Shown here piece by piece: positions 34,951 to 49,000 of a stretch of 64,000 nt of DNA (positions are counted from its first letter, which is position 1; every line of letters starts with the position of its first letter). Below the pieces are notes generated by a model. That model was given only the letters and a program-made list of their open reading frames with translations. It made no database searches and was not told the origin of the DNA. The DNA is from Eledone cirrhosa (Eukaryota). The DNA is taken from positions 4,340,001 to 4,404,000 of the forward strand of contig OZ024742.1 of NCBI GenBank assembly GCA_964016885.1. Direction: 5' to 3'. Both the position numbers and the translations under genes were made by a program.

Positions 34951-37900
34951 TCACTGTTGGTCAGAGAGTAGGATTGGTCCAGTGTAAGGCCTTGTCACTG
35001 TTGGTCAGAGATAGGATTGGTCCAGTGTAAGGCCTTGTCACTGTTGGTCAGTGAGTAGGATTGGTCCAGTGTAAGGCCTTGTCACTGTTGGTCAGAGAGT
35101 AGGATTGGTCCAGTGTAAGGCCTTGTCACTGTTGGTCAGAGAGTAGGATTGGTCCAGTGTAAGGCCTTGTCACTGTTGGTCAGAGAGTAGGATTGGTCCA
35201 ATGTAAGGCCTTGTCACTGTTGGTCAGAGAGTAGGATTGGTCCAATGTAAGGCCTTGTCACTGTTGGGCAGAGAGTAGGATTGGTCCAATGTAAGGCCTT
35301 GTCACTGTTGGTCAGAGAGTAGGATTGGTTCAATGTAAGGCCTGGTCACTGTTGGTCAGAGAGTAGGATTGGTCCAATGTAAGGCCTTGTCACTGTTGGT
35401 CAGAGAGTAGGATTGGTCCAATGTAAGGCCTTGTCACTGATGGTCAGAGAGTAGGATTGGTCCAATGTAAGGCCTTGTCACTGATGGTCAGAGAGTAGGA
35501 TTGGTCCAATGTAAGGCCTTGTCACTGTTGGTCAGAGAGTAGGATTGGTCCAATGTAAGGCCCTTGTCACTGTTGGTCAGAGAGTAGGATTGGTCCAGTG
35601 TAAGGCCTTGTCACTGTTGGTCAGAGAGTAGGATTGGTCCAATGTAAGGCCTTGTCACTGTTGGTCAGAGAGTAGGATTGGTCCAATGTAAGGCATTGTC
35701 ACTGTTGGTCAGAGAGTAGGATTGGTCCAATGTAAGGCCTTGTCACTGTTGGTCAGAGAGTAGGATTGGTCCAGTGTAAGGCCTTGTCACTGTTGGTCAG
35801 AGAGTAGGATTGGTCCAGTGTAAGGCCTTGTCACTGTTGGTCAGAGAGTAGGATTGGTCCATGTAAGGCCTTGTCACTGTTGGTCAGAGAGTAGGATTGG
35901 TCCAATGTAAGGCCTTGTCACTGTTGGTCAGAGAGTAGGATTGGTCCAATGTAAGGCCTTGTCACTGTTGGTCAGAGAGTAGGATTGGTCCAATGTAAGG
36001 CCTTGTCACTGTTGGTCAGAGAGTAGGATTGGTCCAATGTAAGGCCTTGTCACTGTTGGTCAGAGAGTAGGATTGGTCCAGTGTAAGGCCTTGTCACTGT
36101 TGGTCAGAGAGTAGGATTGGTCCAATGTAAGGCCTTGTCACTGATGGTCAGAGAGTAGGATTGGTCCAATGTAAGGCCTTGTCACTGTTGGTCAGAGAGT
36201 AGGATTGGTCCAATATAAGGCCTTGTCACTGTTGGTCAGAGAGTAGGATTGGTCCAGTGTAAGGCCTTGTCACTGTTGGTCAGAGAGTAGGATTGGTCCA
36301 ATGTAAGGCCTTGTCACTGTTGGTCAGAGAGTAGGATTGGTCCAATGTAAGGCCTTGTCACTGTTGGTCAGAGAGTAGGATTGGTCCAGTGTAAGGCCTT
36401 GTCACTGTTGGTCAGAGAGTAGGATTGGTCCAATGTAAGGCCTTGTCACTGTTGGTCAGAGAGTAGGATTGGTCCAGTGTAAGGCCTTGTAACTGTTGGT
36501 CAGAGAGTAGGATTGGTCCAATGTAAAGCCTTGTAACTGTTGGTCAGTGAGTAGGATTGGTCCAGTGTAAGGCCTTGTCACTGTTGGTCAGAGAGTGGGA
36601 TTGGTCCAGTGTAAGGCCTTGTCACTGTTGGTCAGTGAGTAGGATTGGTCCAGTGTAAGGCCTTGTCACTGTTGGTCAGAGAGTAGGATTGGTCCAATGT
36701 AAGGCCTTGTCACTGTTGGTCAGAGAGTAGGATTGGTCCAGTGTAAGGCCTTGTCACTGTTGGTCAGAGAGTAGGATTGGTCCAATGTAAGGCCTTGTCA
36801 CTGTTGGTCAGTGAGTAGGATTGGTCTAGTGTAAGGCCTTGTCACTGTTGGTCAGAGATAGGATTGGTCCAGTGTAAGGCCTTGTCACTGTTGGTCAGAG
36901 AGTAGGATTGGTCCAATGTAAGGCCTTGTCACTGTTGGTCAGTGAGTAGGATTGGTCCAGTGTAAGGCCTTGTCACTGTTGGTCAGAGATAGGATTGGTC
37001 CAGTGTAAGGACTTGTCGCTGTTGGTCAGTGAGTAGGATTGGTCCAGTGTAAGACCTTGTCACTGTTGGTCAGAGAGTAGGATTGGTCCAGTGTAAGGCC
37101 TTGTCACTGTTGGTCAGAGAGTAGGATTGGTCCAGTGTAAGGCCTGGTCACTGTTGTTCAGAGAGTAGGATTGGTCCAATGTAAGGCCTTGTCACTGTTG
37201 GTCAGAGAGTAGGATTGGTCCAATGTAAGGCCTTGTCACTGTTGGTCAGAGAGTAGGATTGGTCCAGTGTAAGGCCTTGTCACTGTTGGTCAGAGAGTAG
37301 GATTGGTCCAATGTAAGGCCTTGTCACTGTTGGTCAGAGAGTAGGATTGGTCCAGTGTAAGGCCTTGTAACTGTTGGTCAGAGAGTAGGATTGGTCCAGT
37401 GTAAGTCCTTGTAACTGTTGGTCAGTGAGTAGGATTGGTCCAGTGTAAGGCCTTGTCACTGTTGGTCAGAGAGTAGGATTGGTCCAGTGTAAGGCCTTGT
37501 AACTGTTGGTCAGAGAGTAGGATTGGTCCAGTGTAAGGCCTTGTCACTGTTGGTCAGAGAGTAGGATTGGTCCAGTGTAAGGCCTTGTCACTGTTGGTCA
37601 GTGAGTAGGATTGGTCCAGTGTAAGGCCTTGTCACTGTTGGTCAGAGAGTAGGATTGGTCCAGTGTAAGGCCTTGTCACTGTTGGTCAGAGAGTAGGATT
37701 GGTCTAATGTAAGGCCTTGTCACTGTTGGTCAGTGAGTAGGATTGGTCCAGTGTAAGGCCTTGTCACTGTTGGTCAGAGATAGGATTGGTCCAGTGTAAG
37801 GCCTTGTCACTGTTGGTCAGTGAGTAGGATTGGTCCAGTGTAAGGCCTTGTCACTGTTGGTCAGAGAGTAGGATTGGTCCAGTGTAAGGCCTTGTCACTG

Positions 37901-40065
37901 TTGGTCAGAGAGTAGGATTGGTCCAGTGTAAGGCCTTGTCACTGTTGGTCTGAGAGTAGGATTGGTCCAATGTAAGGCCTTGTCACTGTTGGTCAGAGAG
38001 TAGGATTGGTCCAATGTAAGGCCTTGTCACTGTTGGTCAGAGAGTAGGATTGGTCCAATGTAAGACCTTGTCACTGTTGGTCACAGAGTAGGATTGGTTC
38101 AATGTAAGGCCTTGTCACTGTTGGTCAGAGAGTAGGATTGGTCCAATGTAAGGCCTTGTCACTGTTGGTCAGAGAGTAGGATTGGTCCAATGTAAGGCCT
38201 TGTCACTGTAGGTCAGAGAGTAGGATTGGTCCAGTGTAAGGCCTTGTCACTGTTGGTCAGAGAGTAGGATTGGTCCAATGTAAGGCCTTGTAACTGTTGG
38301 TCAGAGAGTAGGATTGGTCCAATGTAAGGCCTTGTAACTGTTGGTCAGTGAGTAGGATTGGTCCAGTGTAAGGCCTTGTCACTGTAGGTCAGAGAGTAGG
38401 ATTGGTCCAGTGTAAGGCCTTGTAACTGTTGGTCAGAGAGTAGGATTGGTCCAGTATAAGGCCTTGTCACTGTTGGTCAGAGAGTAGGATTGGGCCAGTG
38501 TAAGGCCTTGTCACTGTTGGTCAGTGAGTAGGATTGGTCCAGTGTAAGGCCTTGTCACTGTTGGTCAGAGAGTAGGATTGGTCCAGTGTAAGGCCTTGTC
38601 ACTGTTGGTCAGAGATAGGATTGGTCCAGTGTAAGGCCTTGTCGCTGTTGGTCAGTGAGTAGGATTGGTCCAGTGTAAGGCCTTGTCACTGTTGGTCAGA
38701 GATAGGATTGGTCCAGTGTAAGGCCTTGTCACTGTTGGTCAGTGAGTAGGATTGGTCCAGTGTAAGGCCTTGTCACTGTTGGTCAGAGAGTAGGATTGGT
38801 CCAGTGTAAGGCCTTGTCACTGTTGGTCAGAGAGTAGGATTGGTCCAGTGTAAGGCCTTGTCACTGTTGGTCAGAGAGTAGGATTGGTCCAGTGTAAGGC
38901 CTTGTCACTGTTGGTCAGAGAGTAGGATTGGTCCAGTGTAAGGCCTTGTCACTGTTGGTCAGAGAGTAGGATTGGTCCAGTGTAAGGCCTTGTCACTGTT
39001 GGTCAAAGAGTAGGATTGGTCCAATGTAAGGCCTTGTCACTGTTGGTCAGAGAGTAGGATTGGTCCAATGTAAGGCCTTGTCACTGTTGGTCAGAGAGTA
39101 GGATTGGTCCAATGTAAGGCCTTGTCACTGTTGGTCAGAGAGTAGGATTGGTCCAGTGTAAGGCCTTGTCACTGTTGGTCAGAGAGTAGGATTGGTCCAA
39201 TGTAAGGCCTTGTCACTTTTGGTCAGAGAGTAGGATTGGTCCAATGTAAGGCCTTGTCACTGTTGGTCAGAGAGTAGGATTGGTCCAATGTAAGGCCTTG
39301 TCACTGTTGGTCAGAGAGTAGGATTTGTCCAATGTAAGGCCTTGTCACTGATGGTCAGAGAGTAGGATTGGTCCAATGTAAGGCCTTGTCACTGTTGGTC
39401 AGAGAGTAGGATTGGTCCAATGTAAGGCCTTGTCACTGTTGGTCAGAGAGTAGGATTGGTCCAATGTAAGGCCTTGTCACTGTTGGTCAGAGAGTAGGAT
39501 TGGTCCAGTGTAAGGGCTTGTAACTGTTGGTCAGTGAGTAGGATTGGTCCAGTGTAAGGCCTTGTCACTGTTGGTCAGAGAGTAGGATTGGTCCAGTGTA
39601 AGGCCTTGTCACTGTTGGTCAGAGAGTAGGATTGGTCCAATGTAAGGCCTTGTCACTGTTGGTCAGTGAGTAGGATTGGTCCAGTGTAAGGCCTTGTCAC
39701 TGTTGGTCAGAGATAGGATTGGTCCAGTGTAAGGCCTTGTCGCTGTTGGTCAGTGAGTAGGATTGGTCCAGTGTAAGGCCTTGTCACTGTTGGTCAGAGA
39801 GTAGGATTGGTCCAGTGTAAGGCCTTGTCACTGTTGGTCAGAGAGTAGGATTGGTCCAGTGTAAGGCCTTGTCACTGTTGGTCAGAGATAGGATTGGTCC
39901 AGTGTAAGGCCTTGTCACTGTTGGTCAGAGAGTAGAATTGGTCCAGTGTAAGGCGATGTCACTGTTGGTCAGAGAGTAGGATTGGTCCAGTGTAAGGCCT
40001 TGCCACTGTTGGTCAAAGAGTAGGATTGGTCCAGTGTTAAGGCCTTATCACTGTTGGTCAGAGAG
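34951..40065. repeat. Satellite, second homogeneous 44-bp block (about 115 monomers; duplicate of about 27470-32580)
   Basis: Same rare variants in the same order at an offset of about 7485. Confidence 0.95.
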
Positions 40066-43000
40066 TGGGATTGGTACAGTGTAAGGCCTTTCTTGTCACT
40101 GTTGGTCACAGAGTGGTGTTTGTCCAGTGTAAGGCCTTTCTTGTCACTGTTGGTCAGAGAGTGGAATTGGTCCAGTGTAAGGCCTTGTCACTGTTGGTCA
40201 CAGAGTGGGGTTTGTCCAGTTTAAGGCCTTATTTGTCACTGTTGTTCAGAGAATGGGATTGGTCCAGTGTAAGGCCTTGTTCATGTTGGTGACAGATTCG
40301 AATTGGTCCAGTGTAAGGCCTTTCTTGTCAATGTTGGTCAGAGAGTGGGATTTGTCCAGTGTAAGGCCTTGTTCATGTTGGTCCCAGATTGGGATTGGTC
40401 CAGTGTAAGGCCTTTCTTGTCACTGTTGGTCACAGAGTGGGGTTTGTGCAGTGTAAGGCCTTTCTTGTCACTGTTGGTCAGAGAGTGGGATTTGTCCAGT
40501 GTAAGGCCTTGTTCATGTTGGTCCCAGATTGGGATTGGTCCAGTGTAAGGCCTTTCTTGTCACTGTTGGTCACAGAGTGGGGTTTGTCCGGTGTAAGGCC
40601 TTTCTTGTCAATGTTGGTCAGAGAGTGGGATTGGTCCAGGGTAAGGCCTTGTCACTGTTGGTCACAGATTGGGATTGGTCGAGTGTAAGGCCTTTCTTGT
40701 CACTGTTGGTCAGAGCATGGGAATGGTCTAGTGTAAGGCATTTTCACTGTTGGTCAGAGAGTGGGATTGGTCCAGTGTAAGGCCTTTCTTTTCACTGTTG
40801 GTCATAGAAGGGATTGGTGCAGTGTAAGGCTTTTCTTCTCATGTTGGTCAGAGAATTGGTCCAGTGTAAGGTATTGTCACTATTGTTCAGGGTGGGATTG
40901 GTCCAGTTTAAAGCCTTATCACTGTTGGTCAGAGAGTGGAATTGGTCCAGTGTAAGGCCTTGTCACTGTTGGTCACAGAGTGGGGTTTGTCCAGTTTAAG
41001 GCCCTATTTGTCACTGTTGTTCAGAGAGTGGGATTGGTCAAGTGTAAGGCCTTGTTCATGTTGGTGACAGATTCGAATTGGTCCAGTGTAAGGCCTTTCT
41101 TGTCAATGTTGGTCAGAGAGTGGGATAGGTCCAATGTAAGGCCTTGTCACTGTTGGTCAGAGAGTTTCATTGGTCCAATGTAAGGCCTTGTCACTGTTGG
41201 TCAGAGAGTGTGATTGGTCCAATGTAAGGCCTTTCTTGTCACTGTTGGTCAGAGAATGGGATTGGTCCACTATAAGGCCTTTCTTGTCATTGTTGGTCAG
41301 AGAGTGGGAGTGGTCCAGTGTATGGCCTTTCTTGCTACTGTTCGTCAGAGAATGGGAATGGTCCAGTGTAAGGCATTGTCACAGTTGGTCAGAGAGTGGG
41401 ATTGGTCCAGTGTAAGTACTTTCGTGTCTCTGTTGGTCAGAGAGTGGGATTGGTCCAGTGTAAGTACTTTCGTGTCTCTGTTGGTCAGAGAGTGGAATTG
41501 GTCCAGTGTAAGGCCTTTCTTGTCACTGTTTGTCAGAGAGTGGGATTGGTCCTGTGTAAGGCCTTGTCACTGTTGGTCAGAGAGTGGGATTGGTCCAGTG
41601 TAAGGCCTTGTCACTGTTGGTCAGAGAGTTTCATTGGTCCAATGTAAGGCCTTGTCACTGTTGGTCAGAGAGTGTGATTTGTCCAATGTAAGGCCTTGTC
41701 ACTGTTGGTCAGAGTGTGATTGGACCAGTGTAAGGCCTTGTCAATGTTGGTCACAGAGTGGGATTGGTCCAGTGTAAGGCCTTTCTTGTCACTGTTGATC
41801 AGAGAATGGGATTGGTTCAGTGTTAAGGCCTTTCTTGTCACTGTTGGTCAGAGAAAGGGATTGGTCCAGTGTAAGGCATTTCTTGTCACTGTTGGTCAGA
41901 GAATGGGATTGGTCCAGTGTAAGGCCTTTCTTGTCACTGTTGGTCAGAGAATGGGATTGGTCCAGTGTAAGGCCTTGTCACTGTTGGTCAGAGTGGTATT
42001 GGTCCAGTGTAATGACTTTCTTGTCACTGTTGGTCAGAGAATGGGATTGGTCCAGTGTAAGGCCTTGTCACTGTTGATCAGAGTGGGATTGGTCCAGTGT
42101 AAGACCTTTCTTGTCACTGTTGGTCAGAGAATGGGATTGGTCCAGTGTAAGGCCTTGTCACTGTTGGTCAGAGAGTGGCATTGGTCCAGTGTGAGACCTT
42201 TCTTGTCACTGTTGGTCAGAGTGGGATTGGTCCAGTGTAAGGTCTTTCTTGATACTGTTGGTCAGAGAATGGGATTGGTCCAGTGTAAGGCCTTGTCACT
42301 GTTGGTCACAGATTGGGATTGGTCCAGTGTAAGGCCTTTCTTGTCACTGTTGGTCACAGAGTGGGGTTTGTCCAGTGTAAGGCCTTTCTTGTCACTGTTG
42401 GTCAGATATTGGGATTGGTCCAGTGTAAAGCCTTGTTTATGTTGGTCACAGATTGGGATTGGTCGAGTGTAAGGCCTTTCTTGTCACTGTTGGTCAGAGA
42501 GTGCGATTGGTCCAGGGTAAGGCTTTGTCACTGTTGGTCACAGATTGGGATTGGTCCAGTGTAAGGCATATCTTGTCACTGTTGGTCAGAGAATGGTATT
42601 GGTCCAGTGTAAGGAATTGTCACTGTTGGTCAGAGAGTGGGATTGGTCCAATGTAAGGCCTTTTCACTGTTGGTCTGAGAGTGTGATTGGTCCAGTGTAA
42701 GGACTTTCTTGTCACTTTGGTCAGAGAATGGGATTGGTCCAGTGAAAGGCCTTTCTTGTCACTGTTGGTCAGAGAGTGGGATTGGTCCAGTTTAAGGCCT
42801 TGTCATTGTTGGTCAGAGAGTGGGGTTGGTCCAGTGTAAGTCTTTTCTTGTCACTGTTGGTCAGAGAATGGGATTGGTCCAGTGTAAGGTCTTGTCACTA
42901 TTGTTCAGGGTGGGATTGGTCCAATTTAAAGCCTTGTCACTGTTGGTCAGAGAGTGGGATTGGTCCAGTGTAAGGCCTTTTCACTGTTGGTCACAGAGTG

Positions 43001-46000
43001 GGGTTTGTCCAGTTTAAGGCCTTTCTCGTCACTGTTGGTCAGAGAGTGGGATTGGTCCAGTGTAAGGCCTTGTTCATGTTGGTCACATATTCGGATTGGT
43101 CCAGTGTACGGCCTTTCTGCTCACTGTTGGTCAGAGAGTGTGATTGATCCAATGTAAGGCCTTTCTTGTCACTGTTGGTCAGAGCATGGGAATGGTCCAG
43201 TGTAAGGCATTTTCACTGTTGGTCAGAGAGTGGGATTTGTCCAGTGTAAGGCCTTTCTTTTCACTGTTGGTCATAGAAGGGATTGGTGCAGTGTAAGGCT
43301 TTTCTTCTCACTGTTGGTCAGAGAATTGGTCCAGTGTAAGGTCTTGTCACTATTGTTCAGGGTGGGATTGGTCCAGTTTAAAGCCTTGTCACTGTTGTTC
43401 AGAGAGTGGGATTGGTCCAGTGTAAGGCCTTGTTCATGTTGGTGACAGATTCGAATTGGTCCAGTGTAAGGCCTTTCTTGTCACTGTTGGTCAGAGAGTG
43501 TGATTGGTCCAATGTAAGGCCTTTCGTGTCACTGTTGGTCAGAGAATGGGATTGGTCCAGTATAAGGCCTTTCTTGTCACTGTTGGTCAGAGAGTGGGAG
43601 TGTTCCAGTGTATGGCCTTTCTTGTTACTGTTCGTCTGAGAATGGGAATGGTTCAGTGTAAGTCATTGTAGCAGTTGGTCAGAGAGTGGGATTGGTCCAG
43701 TGTAAGTACTTTCGTGTCTCTGTTGGTCAGAGAGTGGGATTGGTCCAGTGTAAGTACTTTCGTGTCTCTGTTTGTCAGAGAGTGGAATTGGTCCAGTGTA
43801 AGGCCTTTCTTGTCACTGTTGGTCAGAGAGTGGGATTGGTCCAGTATAAGGCCTTGTCCCTGTTGGTCAGAGAGTGTGATTTGTCCAATGTAAGCCTTGT
43901 CACTGTTGGTCAGAGAGTGGGTTTGGTCCAGTGTAAGGCCTTTCTTATCACTGTTGGTCTGAAAGTGGGATTGGTCCAGTGTAAGGCCTTGTCACTGTTG
44001 GTCAGAGTTGGATTGGTCCGGTGTAAGGCCTTGTCAATGTTGGTCACAGAGTGGGATTGGTCCAGTGTAAGGCCTTTCTTGTCACTGTTGGTCTGAAAGT
44101 GGGATTGGTCCAGTGTAAGGCCTTGTCACTGTTGGTCAGAGTTGGATTGGTCCGGTGTAAGGCCTTGTCAATGTTGGTCACAGAGTGGGATTGGTCCAGT
44201 GTAATGCCTTTCTTGTCACTGTTGGTCAGAGAATGGGATTGGTCCAGTGTAAGGCCTTGTCACTGTTGATCAGAGTGGGATTGGTCCAGTGTAAGGCCTT
44301 GTCACTGTTGGTCACAGATTGGGATTGGTCCAGTGTAAGGCCTTTCTTGTCACTGTTGGTCACAGAGTGGGGTTTTTCCAGTGTAAGGCCTTTCTTGTCA
44401 CTGTTGGTCAGAGAGTGGTATTGGTCCAGGTTAAGGCCTTGTTCATGTTGGTCACAGATTGGGATTGGTCGAGTGTAAGGCCTTTCTTGTCACAGTTGGT
44501 CAGAGAGTGGGATTGGTCCAGGGTAAGGCCTTGTCACTGTTGGTCAGAGAGTGGGATTGGTCCAATGTAAGGCCTTGTCACTGTTGGTCAGAGAGTGTGA
44601 TTGGTCCAGTGTAAGGCATTTTTTGTCACTGTTGGTCAGAGAATGGTATTGGTCCAGTGTAAGGACTTGTCACTGTTGGTCAGAGAGTGGGACTGGTCCA
44701 ATGTAAGGCCTTGTCACTGTTGTTCAGAGTGTGTGATTGGTCCAGTGTAAGGACTTTCTTGTCACTTTGGTCAGAGAATGGGATTGGTCCAGTGTAAAGC
44801 CTTTCTTGTCACTGTTGGTCAGAGAATGGGATTGGTCTAGTGTAAGGCCTTTCTTGTCACTGTTGGTCAGAGAGTGGGATTGGTCCAGTTTAAGGCCTTG
44901 TCATTGTTGGTCAGAGAGTGGGGTGGGTCCAGTGTAAGGCTTTTCTTGTCACTGTTGGTCAGAGAATGGGATTGGTCCAGTGTAAGGTCTTGTCACTATT
45001 GTTCAGGGTGGGATTGGTCCAATTTAAAGCCTTGTCACTGTTGGTCAGAGAGTTGGATTGGTCCAGTGTGAGGCCTTTTCACTGTTGGTCACAGAGTGGG
45101 GTTTGTCCAGTTTAAGGCCTTTCTCGTCACTGTTGGTCAGAGAGTGGGATTGGTCCAGTGTAAGGCCTTGTTCATGTTGGTCACAGATTCGGATTGGTCC
45201 AGTGTAAGGCCTTTCTTGTCACTGTTGGTCAGAGAATGGGATTGGTCCAGTGTAAGGCCTTTCTTGTCACTCTTGGTCAGAGAGTGGGAATGGTCCAGTG
45301 TATGGCCTTTCTTGTTACTGTTGGTCAGAGCATGGGAATGGTCCAGTGTAAGGCATTTTCACTGTTGGTCAGAGAGTGGGTTTGGTCCAGTGTAAGGCCT
45401 TTCTTGTCACGCTTGGTCAGAGAGTGGAATTGGTCCAGTGTAAGGCTTTTCTTCTCATGTTGGTCAGAGAGTGGAATTGGTCCAGTGTAAGGCCTTGTCA
45501 CTGTTGGTCACAGAGTGGGATTTGTCCAGTTTAAGGCCTTATTTGTCACTGTTGTTCAGAGAGTGGGATTGGTCCAGTGTAAGGCCTTGTTCATGTTGGT
45601 GACAGATTCAAATTGGTCCAGTGTAAGGACATTCTTGTCACTGTTGGTCAGAGAGTGGCATAGGTCCAATGTAAGGCCTTGTCACTGTTGGTCAGAGAGT
45701 TTCATTGGTCCAATGTAAGGCCTTGTCACTGTTGGTCAGAGAGTGTGATTGGTCCAATGTAAGGCCTTTCTTGTCACTGTTGGTCAGAGAATGGGATTGG
45801 TCCAGTATAAGACCTTTCTTGTCACTGTTGGTCAGAGAGTTGGAGTGGTCCAGTGTATGGCCTTTCTTGTTACTGTTCGTCAGAGAATGGGAATGGTCCA
45901 GTGTAAGGCATTGTCACAGTTTGTCAGAGAGTGGGATTGGCCCAGTGTAAGTACTTTCGTGTCTCTGTTGGTCAGAGAGTGGGATTGGTCCAGAGTAAGT

Positions 46001-49000
46001 ACTTTCGTGTCTCTGTTGGTCAGAGAGTGGAATTGGTCCAGTGTAAGGCCTTTCTTGTCACTGTTTGTGAGAGAGTGGGATTGGTCCAGTGTAAGGCCTT
46101 GTCACTGTTGGTCAGAGAGTGGGATTGGTCCAGTGTAAGGCCTTGTCACTATTGGTCAGAGAGTTTCATTGGTCCAATGTAAGGCCTTGTCACTGTTGGT
46201 CAGAGAGTGTGATTTGTCCAATGTAAGGCCTTGTCACTGTTGGTCAGAGTGTGATTGGACCAGTGTAAGGCTTTTCTTGTCATTGTTGGTCAGAGTGGGA
46301 TTGGTCCAATCTAAGGCCTTGTCACAGTTGGTCAGAGAGTGGGTTTGGTCCAGTGTAAGGCCTTTCTTGTCACTGTTGGTCTGAAAGTGGGATTGGTCCA
46401 GTGTAAGGCCTTGTCACTGTTGGTCAGATTGGGATTGGTCCAGTGTAAGGCCTTGTCAATGTTGGTCACAGAGTGGGATTGGTCGAGTGTAAGGCCTTTC
46501 TTGTCACTGTTGATCAGAGAATGGGATTGGTTCAGTGTTAAGGCCTTTCTTGTCACTGTTGGTCAGAGAATGGGATTGGTCCAGTGTAAGGCCTTTCTTG
46601 TCACTGTTGGTCAGAGAATGGGATTGGTCCAGTGTAAGGCCTTGTTACTGTTGGTCATAGTGCGATAGGTCCAGTGTAAGGTCTTTCTTGATACTGTTGG
46701 TCAGAGAATGGGATTGGTCCAGTGTAAGGCCTTGTCACTGTTGGTCAGATTGGGATTGGTCCAGTGTAAGGCCTTGTCAATGTTGGTCACAGAGTGGGAT
46801 TGGTCGAGTGTAAGGCCTTTCTTGTCACTGTTGGTCAGAGAAAGGGATTGGTCCAGTGTAAGGCATTTCTTGTCACTGTTGGTCAGAGAATGGGATTGGT
46901 CCAGTGTAAGGCCTTTCTTGTCACTGTTGGTCAGAGAATGGGATTGGTCCAGTGTAAGGCCTTGTTACTGTTGGTCATAGTGCGATAGGTCCAGTGTAAG
47001 GTCTTCTTGATACTGTTGGTCAGAGAATGGGATTGGTCCAGTGTAAGGCCTTGTCACTGTTGGTCACAGATTGGGATTGGTCCAGTGTAAGGCCTTTCTT
47101 GTCACTGTTGGTCACAGATTGGGGTTTGTCCAGTGTAAGGCCTTTCTTGTCACTGTTGGTCAGAGATTGGGATTGGTCCAGTGTAAAGCCTTGTTCATGT
47201 TGGTCACAGATTGGGATTGGTCGAGTGTAAGGCCTTTCTTGTCACTGTTGGTCAGAGAGTGCGATTGGTCTTGGGTAAGGCTTTGTCACTGTTGGTCACA
47301 GATTGGGATTGGTCCAGTGTAAGGCATATCTTGTCACTGTTGGTCAGAGAATTGTATTGGTCCAGTGTAAGGACTTGTCACTGTTGGTCAGAGAGTGGGA
47401 TTGGTCCAATGTAAGGCCTATTCACTGTTGGTCAGAGAGTGTGATTGGTCCAGTGTAAGGACTTTCTTGTCACTTTGGTCAGAGAATTGGATTGGTCCAG
47501 TGTAAGGCCTTTCTTGTCACTGTTGGTCAGAGAGAAGGATTGGTCCAGTTTAAGGCCTTGTCATTGTTGGTCAGAGAGTGGGGTTGGTCCAGTGTAAGGC
47601 TTTTCTTGTCACTGTTGGTCAGAGAATGGGATTGGTCAAGTGTAAGGTCTTGTCACTATTGTTCAGGGTGGGATTGGTCCAGTTTAAAGCCTTGTCACTG
47701 TTGGTCAGAGAGTGGGATTGGTCCAGTGTAAGGCCTTGTTCATATAGGTCACAGATTGGGATTGGTCCAGTGTAAGGCCTTTCTTGTCACTGTTGGTCAG
47801 AGAGTGGGATTGGTTCAATGTAAGGCCTTGTCACTGTTGGTCAGACAGTGGGATTGGTCCAATGTAAGGCCTTGTCACTGTTGGTCAGAGAGTGTCATTG
47901 GTCCAATGTAAGGCCTTTCTTGTCACTGTTGGTCAGAGAATGGGATTGGTCCAGTGTAAGGCCTTTCTTGTCACTCTTGGTCAGAGATTGGGAGTAGTCC
48001 AGTGTATGGCCTTTCTTGTTACTGTTGGTCAGAGAATGGGAATGGTCCAGTGTAAGGCATTGTCACTGTTGGTCAGAGAGTGGGATTGGTCCAGTGTAAG
48101 TACTTTCTTGTCACTGTTGGTCAGAGAGTGGGATTGGTCCAGTGTAGGGCCTTTCTTGTCACTGTTGGTCAGAGAGTGGGATTGGTCCAGTGTAAGGCCT
48201 TGTCACTGTTGGTCAGAGAGTGGGATTGGTCCAGTGTAAGGCCTTTCTTGTCACTGTTGATCAGAGAATGGGATTGGTCCAGTGTAAGGCCTTTCTTATC
48301 ACTGTTGGTCAGAGACTGGGATTGGTCCAAGGTAAGGCCTTGTCACTGTTGGTCAGAGAGTGGGATTCGTCCAGTGTAAGGCCTTTCTTGTCACTGTTGG
48401 TCAGAGAATGGGATTGGTTCAGTATAAGGCCTTTCTTGTCACTGTTGGTCAGAAAGTGGGACTGGTCCAGTGTAAGGCCTTTCTTGTCACTGTTGGTCAG
48501 AGAGTGGGATTGGTTCAGTGTAAGGCCTTTCTTGTCACTGTTGGTCAGAGAGTGGGATAGGTCCATTGTAAGCCTTTCTTGTCACTGTTGGTGAGAGAGT
48601 GGAAATTGGTCCAGTGTAAGGCCTTTCTTGTCACTGTTGGTCAGAGAGTGTGATTGGTCCAGGGTAAGGCCTTATCACTGTGTGTCACAGATTGGAATTG
48701 GTCCAGTGTAAGGCTTTTCTTGTCACTGTTGGTGAGAGAGTGGGATTGGTTCAGTGTAATGCCTTTGTTGTCAATGTTGGTAAGAAAGTGGATTGGTCCA
48801 GTGTAAGGCCTTTCTTGTCACTGTTGGTCAGAGAATGAGATTGGTCCAGTGTTAAGGCCTTGTCACTGTTGATCAGATAAGTGGGATTGGTCCAGTGTAA
48901 GGCCTTGTTACTGTTGGTCAGAGAATGGGATTTGTCCTGTGTAAGACCTTTCTTGTTACTGTTGGTCAGATAATGGGATTGGTCCAGTGTAAGGCCTTTC

